DNA from: Pseudovirgaria hyperparasitica
Lineage: Eukaryota
NCBI GenBank assembly: GCA_010093815.1
Contig: ML996594.1
Length of the DNA: 55,468 nucleotides
Direction: 5' to 3' (one strand)
Positions 33,727-46,079 of this stretch are shown here, piece after piece. Made by a program: the position numbers and the translations under genes. The notes beneath the pieces were generated by a model that saw nothing but the letters and a program-made list of their open reading frames with translations, did not search any database and had not been told where the DNA came from. Position 1 is the first letter of the stretch, and every line of letters starts with the position of its first letter.

Positions 33727-36700
33727 TGTAAGAATAGGGTTATTGGATAGTAGTATAGCTAGATAGAACAATGGGGTATATTCTATTACAGAATGAATTA
33801 CTACCGAACCCTTTTAGTAGGAATCCAAGAGTATATATATAAAGGGACGCCGATCTATCTAGCACGTGACTATTTACCGCCCTTCACGTCACCTCCTAAC
33901 CCTATTAGCTAAGGTATATATAGGTCGAGTCCTACCTAAGGCTAAGTCCTAATAATTATCCCTTCCCTCTAGGAAGCTACCCTTAGTAACCTAGATCGTT
34001 ACCTATCTCTATATCCCCATCCTAAGTCTCGCAAGACCTTAGTCGTTCTCTACGCTTCGTCTTAGATACTTACCGATATTCTCCGATCTAAGATTTACAC
34101 AAGCGTTTTCTAACAAACTAGATTTTATCCATCTTAACTTCTTACATAGGTGAGATTACCTAATTAGGCCTAGCGTATCACGTAATATGATTAGGTAAGC
34201 CCGGGTGCTACCTATATCAAAATCTTTTCTTAGAAATATTCCTTTCTTTAAAAAACCTCTTAACTCTTTATAGAGTTCTTTAGATTATTAGGTATATCAC
34301 CCGATCCTTATAGATATAGATTTATGTAGATTTACTATAATTTAGTACGATTTACGTAATTTACTAATTTTCGTGCCGTCCTTAGCTAGTAATAACATAA
34401 TTCGTAATAATCCATATAAATTAATAATAATCGTAACATGGTTTCCCGAAATCTCGACGCTCTAAAGTAATTAGCGCGGAAACAGGCGCCTTTAAATAAT
34501 CCCTATCTTATATGCGTTACCGACATGTCGAAAGCTATTAATCTACCCCGACCTAGGCCGGGCTCTAATAATCTAGCTATATATTATTATAGTTATCGCT
34601 TTCCGTCGTACGTTGCTTACGGTAGTACTAAATCTATAATATACGGTACTTACATGACTAAGAAGCGTCATTACTTATAGGTATTTAAGTAAGTTTAAAG
34701 AACTTTACGTAGATTTACTTATATCGGTATAGATTACTACTAGCCCTCTAGTAACCCCTACTAATAAGGAGCGTGGTACTACCGATCGTAACGCCTTAGA
34801 GAAGGCTTTCTACGAGCTATATATCTAAGATAAGGGTTACGCCTAGGAGTACGATTCTAATAAGATCCGTAAGGATTTATTAGAATCTACTATAGCTATT
34901 ATTACTACGATTACTAGGTAATATCGTTTTTCTTAAATCGTTATAGATTCTTACTAATATATATTAATCTCTATAATAGTACTAAAATCTCTACTACTTC
35001 GGACTTCTTTCTACATACCAGCAATATTAAAATTCCTAGAAAAGATTCTAGTAAAAAGACTAAGGTTCCTTCCCCACGCGTGCTAAAGAGCCGTAAATTT
35101 AGGGAAGATAGCTCTAATCTAGAAGTTTCTATACTAAAGGTATATAGTTCTATACTAATCGTTAAATCTTTTTATTAATTTATATAATTCTTAGCGTGCG
35201 CGCGCCGGTCCGTCCCTCTCCGTCCCGGGTTCTACCGCTCTATAGGTTTCTATAGAGGAGCTTATAGCTATAAGGCGCGCTATATAGAATTTGTAGCGTC
35301 GGAACGAAAGGCTAGAGACTTATATTATAAAGCTCTATACTATACTAAACAAGAACCAGCAGAAGGAATTAGATGTAACCATCGCGGTGATTAGTACTTC
35401 TACTCCTACTCCGACTTAATTAGTTTAGATCTACACCGATCGGTGCTAATATATCTCTTTTATCTAGCGTTTTTGGTTTTTCGGTTTTAATTTTAAAGCG
35501 ATCTTGCTTCTTCTAGATAGATTAGTGCGAGTTTACATAGATCTATATAGATCTTTATATTTTCTTTTAGCTTTCTTAATTTTATCTTTCTTTAATAATA
35601 ACTTTCTTAATCTCTTTAGTAATCTATACCGATCTATACCGATCGGCACCGATTTTCGATGTCCATTTCTCTTAGTAAATCATTTTTCTAAGTCTCTTTT
35701 TTAGTTAAATTTTTTAAAGTTCTAAGTTCGAACTTTCTAAGGAAGTTCCTTAATTCCTTAGAATGTTTTAAAGATCTATATCTCTTTTACCTTCTTCCTT
35801 TTAGGCGGCCGTCCTCGGCGCTAAACTATACTAAAAAACGTCGAATCGCCGTACTTTAGTATAATTCTCTACGATTCCGCGGCTTCCTTTACTAATCGCT
35901 ACTTATATACTAACATCGCTACTTTACTAATGTTTATTATAGGTTCCCAAGTATCTTTATTAGGATTATACCCTTTCTAATGAATTTTATATAGCTACGT
36001 ACCATCTTCGGCACGTTATTAGCCTAGTATCTACTTAACTTCGTAGATATCCGCACCTCCTTACGTAACTACTTTATATAACGTCTATTCGGAATGATCC
36101 GGTAACGATAAGGCATGGAATAACTCGAGAAGCGTAATATGGAATATATTATATATCTTTAACGTGGGAGGGAGTTTCAACTTATACGCCTAGTCATTAA
36201 TTACACGAGTAACCTTAAATAGACCTATTATCGTGTAGTTAAGCTTCTTCTTCGGCCTAATACTACGAATATTCTTACTATTTAGTAAAACTTTATCTCT
36301 AACATTAAAGATCATGGGCTTTCTACCCTTATTATAGTACGATTTACTATAATCTATAGCATCTTATAATAACTTTATAACGCTTCTTTGCGTTTAGAAT
36401 AGTTCTATCGTAATCTCCGTCGCCTTAACGTTAGGCTACTCTAATTTATACTAAGTTCCTATAAACTACGCTTTATAGTTTCGACCGAAGTTTACTTCGA
36501 ACGGACTTACGTGGGTTAACGTATATTAGCTATTATTATACGCGAATTCCGCGATATAGACTAACCTTACCTAGTTATCTTACTTATAGTTATAATATAC
36601 GCGTAAATACGCCTTAACTATCTGATTCTACCGCTCTATCTACCTATCTATTTATAGGTGGAACGCGGTACTAAGTTTCCGCTTAATTCCCAGCGTATAG

Positions 36701-39700
36701 TAGAAATCCTTCTAAAACTTAGACGTTATCTACGGACCTCTATCCGAAACTATACCGTTCGGTATACCGTAGAGCCGAACTACGTCACGAAGTAGTATAT
36801 CTATAAGATCTAGTGCTTAGATTATCTTCCTTATAGGGATATAGTATAACATCTTTATAAATCTATCTAGAACTACGAGTAAACTATTATAAACATGCCT
36901 AAGATACTTACTTAGGGGTAGATCTATGATAAAATCCATTAACAATTCTTTCCATGCCTTATTTAGCATAGGCAATAGCCTTAATTCGCTATATGGTAAG
37001 TGTCTATACACTTTCGTATGCTGGTAAACGTTATACGTTTTTACGTAGTCCTTTATATACTTATAAAGACCTAGCTAGTCGTATATCCTTCGGATTAAAT
37101 CGACTGTCCTTATAACGCCGAAGTATCCTACTAATACGTAATTATACTATTCCCTTAAAACATCGATTCGTAAGCCGCCCTCCAGCACGTAGAGTCGGCC
37201 TTAGAAGTAGATCGCGTCCGATCGTCGTTCCCACCTTAATAACTATGGCGGTTCTATAGCGATTCCCTTTATACTTATAACTTTCTTTACTAATATATTA
37301 GAATTCTAGGTAGATTTAATTAAGTCTTTAAGGATTTACTCTATTTCTTAGACGTTAGTTTGGATTACTTAATACCCGCTCTAATTCCCGCGGAGAGTCG
37401 CCGAAAGTGTCCTGGCTTCCGGCACTCTATTAGATAACTAGTCTTTTAGTATCTATAGTATAGCATAGTCTAAATTACACCAACTATCTACGTTATTCTA
37501 CGACGATTTCTCGTAATCTTTACGCCGTAATAGAGGATCTACTTTATTCTCTCTTCTAGCTTTATATAAGATTTTAAAGTTAAATATTAACATCTACTTA
37601 GCCTAACGTACTTATTAGCGATTAAGGACCTTGGTCGACATAAAGTAACGTAGATTTACGTAATCCGATAATAATTCAATCTAATATACGGAGCCTTCTA
37701 AATAATATCGCCATTACTTAAAACTCTTAATAATTATAAGTAGTTCCTAGTCGTGCGTGTTATAACGCGTCTCTATATCCGCCATTTTATAGGAAAAGAA
37801 GGCGACCGGGTGCTATTACACCTTGTCTTTCGTATCTTTATACGGTTAACTAATAATTCTAGTAATTACGAATCTAGATACGTCTATTTCGACCTAAATA
37901 TGCTTCTCGGGATTAAAATATCTAAGGATCGGTATAGTTATAAAGTAATTCTTTAACGATCGGAACGTATCTCGCGCTTCCGGCGTTAACTATATCTCGA
38001 CCGACTCCGCTTTACGCTATGCTCGCCTACCTATAGGGATTTTACCGCCATTTTCGGTAAGTTTATTAAGCGGCGCCGCAATTCGTAAGAAACCTATAAT
38101 GAATTTACGATAATAGTTCACGAAACCTATAAACGTCCTAATTTAACGTATAGTAGTAGGTTCTAGCTATTCTATAATAGTCTTAACACGCTCTAGCTCC
38201 ATTTTAAGGCCGCCGTATATTATAATAAAGCCGAGAAACCTAACTTCTTATTAGTAAAACTTACATTTAGATAACTTTACGTAGAGTTTATACTATCTTA
38301 AATAATTTAGCACCGATTTCACGTGTTCTTCGTGATCCTACATGCTATCGGAGTAAATTAGTATATTATCGAGGTAAACTACGTAGATCACATTAAGTAA
38401 TCCTATAAGTATAGTATTAATGTATCCTTAGAACGCTCCTAGCGTATTTATTAGCCTAAACGGCATAATAGTATACTTAAAATAACTATATCTAGTCCGA
38501 AATGCGGTTTTCTACTTATCTCCGCGACGGATTCGAAGCCGGTAATATATATCTCGTAAATCTAGCTTTATAAAGTACTTTGCCTTCGTTAATTAGTCTA
38601 AAGATTCACTAACCAACGGTAATAGGTAACGATTCTTCTTAGTCACCGCATTTAGTACTCGATAGTCGACGCATAGATGTAAACTTCCGTCTTTCTTCTT
38701 TATAAAGAGAATAGATACGCTAGCTAATAACGTACTACGACGTATCTAGCCTCTTCTAAGATATTCTTTAATATATTTATAAAGAACTTTAAGTTCTAGT
38801 CTCGAAAGTAGGTAAAGTAGACTATAAGGGACGTCTACTCCCTCTTTAAGCTTAATCTTTAGCTTATGCGGCCTATAGTCGGGGAGAAGTAACGCGTCTC
38901 CTACCGAAAATATATCTATATACTACGAATATACGTCGGGTAGCGTGTCTTTACCCCGATTATTACTATCCTCTTTGTCTTCGTCGATAATCGATAGGGA
39001 TATAAGGTAGATTAGCGACGATCGGGTCCGCACGGTAAGGTTCCATGCCTCCTTACTAATAGTTACGACTTACTAGTATAATTTACCGCGATGTTAACGG
39101 AACGTTAATGTCTCCTTCTAAAAATTAAGGATTGGGTTTAGGCGTTTAAGCTAAGGCATCCCTAGAATCATATTCTATTAGCTAATATTAGCCACGATGA
39201 ATTTATTAGACATCTACTATTTTATTATCTTTAAGTTATAAACTTCGTAATTCGTTATAGTTTTACCTAAAGTTCTAACTTTATATCTATTAACTACGAT
39301 AGTTCGGCTAACTTTACTAAGATCGTACGATAATCTATACTCCTTAACGAGAATCGACGAAATATAGTTATCTTCTATACTAGTGTCCACGAGGGCCTAT
39401 ATAGTTTTATTACTATTTACTATAGGTAACGATACTTTTAGTAATATTAGGTCTTTACTCGCCGGAAGGCGCTACGGCTCCTCCTAAGTATATATAATTT
39501 AGCTAAGAACGCGGTTAGGTCTCGCGTACTAGCCTATTCTTTTTTTGGATTCTTATAGTTAGGCGAAATATATCCCTTTTCTCTATACTTATAGTAATAA
39601 AGTACGCTATGATCCTACTATTTTACGATAGGCGTTATATTTAAGCCTATGCCTTATCCTTTTCCGTGTTGGGAACTACCGCCTCGATTATTTCGGTGTC

Positions 39701-41109
39701 CTCTTAACGCGTTTCTACCCCGATTTACGCTCTTCTAGCGTTAATCGCGGTGAGGTTACTCTTGATCGAACGTATTCGATCGACCTCGTTTCTAACCTAT
39801 ATAGGGTTCGTCGGTTTTACCTAGAGAGCCGCGTTCCTTAAGGATGCGGTAGTATTCGTTAGCTTTCTCCTCTAATTCGTATAGATAGTTAAAACTTAAT
39901 AATACTATTTCTAATCTTTCGCGGATTAACGGGAGTAGTACTTCGCGAAACTAGAATATACGAATATTTTTCTATAGTATAGGGATATTATCCTAGAGGT
40001 TTTATAGGTATTATAGTAGTTAAGTAGGTGTCTGGTTCGGTTATTATGCCACGCTTCTTAACTTAGATAGTACCTTTCTTTCGCGTTCTTCGTTAGTTCC
40101 GAGGGTATTTAGTATAAATATAGCTAAATATTCCTAGGTTGTCGCCGATAGTAGCTTAACTTCCTTCTATCTATCCCATTGATCGTGGGATTGTGAACCT
40201 AAGTAACGTTCTCCAAATGAAATGCATTATACTTTAGTAGAAAAGAGTATAGGGTTATTGAGGAAGTACTTCTCGTAGTCTCTCTTCTAATCTTTCTACT
40301 CCTTTTAGTTCTTCCCTATAAATATAGTCGGATCTTTAGGTTTCGGTATACCTAGGGACGGGATAGGGTAAGTCGGTAGTGAAGTGGCCGGAACTATAGT
40401 AGATTATCGCAATTCTAGTGGGGGATAAATTAATTCCGCCTAGATTAGTATAGACTATTATTTAGCTATTATCGCTCCGCGTAGTCTTTTAAGAGACTCG
40501 TTAAGTTCTCGTCGTTTTACGAGGAGTTTCGTACGTTCGGTCTATTCTTTAAGGATCTATATCTCTCGGGCTTAATTAGCGATATACTCCTATAGTTCGG
40601 CGATTAATGGTTGCGATTCCTCGTGTAGCTCTACTACGACTTATTATCTAGCTTTCTATCGTGGGAAGTCGCTTAGTATATCTACTATTTTCTTATTAGA
40701 AAGTTCCGTGATTCGGTCGGACATCTCCACTTCTCTATTAAGAACGGCTGGATTTAATGCCGATTATAGAGGATCCCTATTATTTAATGTAGTATTACTT
40801 GTCCCTATAGTAGATCGTGTCGACCTTCTTGGTTCTAGTTAGACCATCTTAGCTATAGTACTATATAGGGAGTAATTCGAATGTAAGAATAGGGTTATTA
40901 GATAGTAGTATAGCTAGATGGAATAATGGGGTGTATTCTATCATAGAACGAATTACTACCGAACCCTTTCGGTAGGAATCCGAGAGTATATATATAAAGG
41001 GACGCCGATCTATCTAGTACGTGACTATTCACCGCCCTTCACGTCATCTCCTAACCCTGTTAGCTAAGGTACGTGTAGGTCGAGTCCTACCTAAGGCTAA
41101 GTCCTAACA
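33727..41109 (-). mobile_element. Gypsy/Ty3 chromodomain LTR retrotransposon B (7.4 kb)
   Basis: 228-bp LTRs at 33727-33954 and 40882-41109; TSD TGGAA (33722-33726, 41110-41114). Gag knuckle ~39555-39600, A-run at the gag end ~39540, protease ALVDT ~39390, RT YLDNILIYS ~38350-38378, integrase ~36400-37150, chromodomain (W)KGYNPNKDTWEP ~35940-35980, PPT 33955-33970. Confidence 0.93.
34438..35419 (+). pseudogene. antisense four-exon accessory gene of Gypsy B (Zn-cluster-like plus coiled coil)
   Basis: ATG 34438 MVSRNLDALK...P(C)LIC...(C)...(C)GT(C)MTKKRH(C)L(Q). GT-AG introns 34681-34732, 34918-34979 and 35140-35194 keep frame; last exon EELIAIRRAI(Q)NL(Q)RRNERLETYIIKL; stop at 35417. Confidence 0.7.
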
Positions 41110-44100
41110 TGGAATACTATTAATATGTTTCTATTTATACCGGCTATTTCATAGAATAACATCTAGAATTTAGACGTGAATATACTCTCTCGGTCCGTAA
41201 TAATCCTTTTTAGTATACCATGGACCTTAATAATCTTATTCTAGAATACTTATACTAGTTCTTTTAATATAATCGTCTTCTATATAGGGACGTACCTAGA
41301 TATCTTTATAAGTCTATCTATAATAATAAGAATTGAATTATAACTTATCCTAAGCATCTCGCTTAGAGATAAGTTAACTATAAAATCTATAGTAATATCT
41401 TTCTATATAAAGAGGGGGACTAGTAGAGGCTATAAGTTCTAATATAGCTTATATCTAGATACCTTTATTCTTTAATAAATCGGATAAGTAGCTATCTATT
41501 CTTCGACGTACTTAGGTATATCTTCCTAAAAATAGTACTAACGAATCGAGCTTAGGGTGCGTATATACCCGAAATATCCTACTAGGTTAGCATTATAGTA
41601 TCGGCTAACTATAGTAAATCGTGCGTTACCCGTTAGTATATAGTACTTTCTATTATAGTAGAGTAAGCCGTCCACGAAGGTCTACTTATAGTCTACTTTA
41701 GTCCGTAATAATCTATCTTACTATATTTTATATAACTTTAAAACTATTAGGTCTATCTTTTATAGATCCACGATTAACTAGGCGAGGTCTACTTAATATA
41801 TACGCCGGGTACTATCGCCCTCCCTAATAGCGCCGATAAATGGCTCGCTAGGGACTTTAGTACCGCGTCTTTAGTTACCGGCTTCGGTCTTATAAATTTA
41901 ATTACCGGCATCGGCGTTAGTATCTCGCTAATCGTTAGATAACTTATTATCTAACCTTATTCTTAAGAGTTAGGCCTATAGCTACTCTAGGACCCTATAG
42001 CTACTATAATCCTAGGCGCCTTCTTTATAGTTAGGTCTTCTTAACATTCTATTAGCTAGGTTTATACTTCTAGGTTAATAGTAGATTATAAAGTAGAAAT
42101 TTATAAGCTACTTAGCCTATTAAACCTATTAACGATTTAAAACTATCGTACTTATAAACCCCTTTAAGTTATAGTAATTAGTTAGTAACTTAACGTTATA
42201 CATGGTACCTTTAAGATAATATTACTACTACTTAAACGACTCTACTATTACTAGTAGCTCTTAGTTATAAATAGTATATCTAGTCTTAACGTCGGCTATC
42301 TTACGCGAGAAGAATATAACTAGATACTATTAGACCTTTTTAGACTCTATTAGTCTAGGCTAGAAGAGTATACTCGAGATTATAAATTCTAATATATTAG
42401 TTTCGACGTAAATAGGTTTAGTTAGATCGAAGTACACTAGTAATAGGGCGGTTATAAATACTTCTTTAATCTTCTCGAAGAATATTCTTTCGACCTTAGT
42501 TAATTTAATAGGTTATAATTTAATATTACGCTATTTCTATCTACTACGGACCGTAATAGACGAGTTAGTAGTAGTAGTACGCGTATTAAGTAGTGCGGCT
42601 AAACGGAAGAAGTATTTAATAAATTTTTAGTAGTAGTTAGCGAAGCTAATAAAGACACGTATATCTCGAACGGATTTTAGTTTAGGCTAGTCTATAATAG
42701 TAGTAACTCTATCTCTCTCTATAGTTATACCTTAATTAGTAATAACGAAGCTAAGAAAGTTAATATAGTCCTAATAGAACTCGCATTTAGATAGCTTAAT
42801 ATATAGCTTATACTTTTCTAGCCTATCTAGGACTATACGTACGTGCTAGATATGCTTCTCCTTATTATCTAAGAAGATAAGAATATTATCTAGGTACACG
42901 ATATATATCGTGTCGAGTAGGCCTACTAGCGCGTTATTAATATACGCTTAGAAGGTGCCTAGCGCGTTAGTTAGTCTAAAAGAGACCATAGTATACTTAA
43001 AGTATCTATAACGGGTCCTAAAAGCCGTTTTCTATTCGTCGCCTTCCTTAATGCGAAGGCGATAGTAGGCGTTATATAGATTAAGCTTAGTAAAGATCTT
43101 TACGCGTTCTAGTCTATTAATAGACTTAGAGATAAGAGGTAGTAGGTAACGATTCTTTCGCGTAATGTTATTTAGGCTACGGTAGTTAATATATAGACGG
43201 AGGCTTCTATCCTTCTTCTTTATAAAGAGAATTAGAGCTCCGGCTAGGGATATACTAGATCTAATCTATTCTTATATAAGGTTCTTTTTAATATATTCTT
43301 AAAGGGCTTATAACTTAGGTTCTAAAAGTGGGTAGATAGGTCTATATAGAGGTTACTAGCCGTCTTTAAGATTAATAGTAAGGTTAGTAGATTAGTATTA
43401 AGGTAGTTCGGAGGAATCGATCGCTAACGTAATATATTAGTATATTTTATACTAATATAGTAGGTTTTCGTCTACTTTAATACTAAGCTTACTATTTTAT
43501 ATAAGTAAGAGTACGTAGATAGTAGAGATCGCCTTCTTATAATCTTTCTAGAATTATTTATCGTCGATAAGCTATACTAGTTTCTATTAAGGTAGGTTCA
43601 TACGCTAGCCAGCTATCTTCTTAAGGAAGTCTAGTTTTAGGTTATATTTCTTAAGCTATGGTATACCTAGAATTATATTAAAGGGACTATCTACCATAAT
43701 AAAGGTTAAGTAGTAGAGTTTCTATTTCCCTCCGCTATCCTAGATACTATATTTAATAGTATAGGTACCGTATAACTTAATAGGACCGTCGATACTATAG
43801 AACATGGCACCTATTAAAGCTTGGATATCGGCGTTAAGTTCTCGTGCTTATTAGGTCGACATAACGTTAGTAGCCGACCTACTATTAAGTATTATAGTCT
43901 AATATTATCTATAAGGGACCTCGATAGGTCTAGTCTATAGTTTAATATACTATTTAGCGGATTACCCCTCTATTATAGTTATATCTATAAGTCGTAAGGG
44001 TTTCTCGTAGGCTATTAGTTTTTTATATTCTATACTAGATAGTTAGGCGTGATGTGTCCTAGCTACTAGTACTTATAGTATATAACTAGTTAGTTAGTTA

Positions 44101-46079
44101 TATTAGTACTTAGTAGCTTCCCCAAACGGTACTTAGGTACTATATAGTCTATTCTACTATAGGTATAGTAAGTAACTTTAGGTTATTTATGCGAGTCGGT
44201 TCTCGTATCTTAATATATCGATTAGTAGGGAGATCCATAATATAATCCGCGTGGTTTTAAATTTAAGGCGTGGTAGTAGCCTCGTAACGTCCTGCGAGAT
44301 CTATTACTAAATCGGTTTTAGTTAGACGATTTTACGTTAGATTAGATTATTAGGGATAGTTATATACTAGCGCGGCGTTAATTATTTATTATACGCTAGT
44401 ATCGCTCCGTAAGGTTTATAAGAGCTTAGAGGTCTATAGAGATTATCGTTATAAGGTCGAGACGGTCCTTTATATTTAGGGTAAGGGACCGTTTAAAGTT
44501 ATCGCACTATTAAATTATATAATCTTCTTCGGCTTCTCTCTAGAGGGGCCGAAGATATTTAAGGAGTTATAACGGTAACTAATTATCTTATTATTAAGTC
44601 TCGAAGATATAGCTCTAGGCCTAGTTACGTTATTTAGCCCTATTACTAAAATATTAGAGGAGAAATTTGGTAAACGTATCCTAGTTATAGGTATCCTTAG
44701 AATATTCGATTTAGTATACTATCTAACGTTCTAAAGGTATTAGGTCGAGGTAGTTCTAGACGAATCTAATTTTATTACTATCGTTCGTGAATAGATAGAA
44801 GAATTAGCTATATTAGTAAGCCTATACGTAGAAACTCTTTCTACTTTTACCATTGAAGTAAGGTAGTTTCTTAGGTCGGGGTAATTAGGATAGTAGTAGA
44901 TTAGGATAGATCGTTTTAGTTAGTATAGGTCTATATAAATATAGATTAGTCGTTACTAGAACTAAAGTATATAATATAGCTTTAAGTCTTATAGTACGTC
45001 CTTAAGCTTCGTCGAGTTCGCGTAGTTATTACTCGAGTTAAACCTATTATTACCTCTCTTCGTGTAGTCTAGTATACACGTTATTATAAGGTATAGTTAA
45101 TATTAGGCGATTCTAACGGATTAACTTATTAACGTTAATAAGGTCTAGCCTTATATTAAGGTTAGGTCTAGTATAGTTCGAACTAGACCGAGATAGAGTA
45201 TAATAGACTCTATCCTTATATTCTATAACATCTTCTATAGTTACACGGAATATTATACGAGTTATTAGTGCGATAGTCTATAAGGTATAGTTATTAGTAG
45301 GGGTAGTTATAGATAGACTATTCTCCTCGTTTAGGTTAGGAGAAGGTCTACTATAAGAGGCGGTGTCACGAGTATTATAACGAGTAGTTAGAGCTATTTC
45401 TATAAACTACCGTCGTGCTATATAAAGAGGAATTAAAATATAAGGATTATAGACGTAGGATAGTAGTCTAATAGGTCATAGGAGGATTCAGGAATATATT
45501 TAAAAGGGTAGTCTACTCTTCTAACGAGGTTAATTCCTAAAGAGTAGGAATTAAGTATATACGGCCTACTTATATAGTAGTCTCGCTTATTCTAGCTAGC
45601 TTAACCTAGGTCCACCTGTCACGGACCGTACTAGACCATAGTAGTCTAGTCGAGTCCATCCTGGTGTCAGCCCTAACAATACCTCTCTCTCCCTTCCTAG
45701 AATACTTCTAGAGTTTAAAATAGATGCTCTTGGCCTACGATAAGTCCCTACTTACCTTACTCTAGTAATAGAGAATTATAAGGTTCTACTATAGATAATT
45801 GGATTCCCTAGAGGGCCCTATAGAAATTTAAAAGCATTACTTATAGGTATTGACTTATATAGCTACTAGGAAGGTAGAATTACTCTATTCGTTTACTCTA
45901 AGTCCTTCTGGAATTAGAATTGTTAAAATATAGAGGGTAATTCTACCTAGCTTAGAGTGGAGACTTCTAAGCACCTAGCGTCTAAGTTATACTTATACTC
46001 TTTATCTATTAGTAGAGGAAAGGATCCCTAGATTACCCTAGAATACGCCTAAAAAGTAATTATAATACTTTATATTTGG

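Larger units (their letters stand above)
18310..45678 (-). mobile_element. Gypsy/Ty3 chromodomain LTR retrotransposon A (~8 kb after removing three nested inserts)
   Basis: 240-bp LTRs at 45439-45678 and split at 18310-18337 + 29757-29968; TSD ATATC/ATACC (18305-18309, 45679-45683). Gag Zn knuckle ~44030-44080, protease ~43860-43890, RT YLDNILIF ~42880, integrase split by element B within (A)FH(P)(Q)TDGQ, chromodomain RWKNY..NT(W)EP ~33000-33050, PPT ~29969-29985. Confidence 0.88.
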
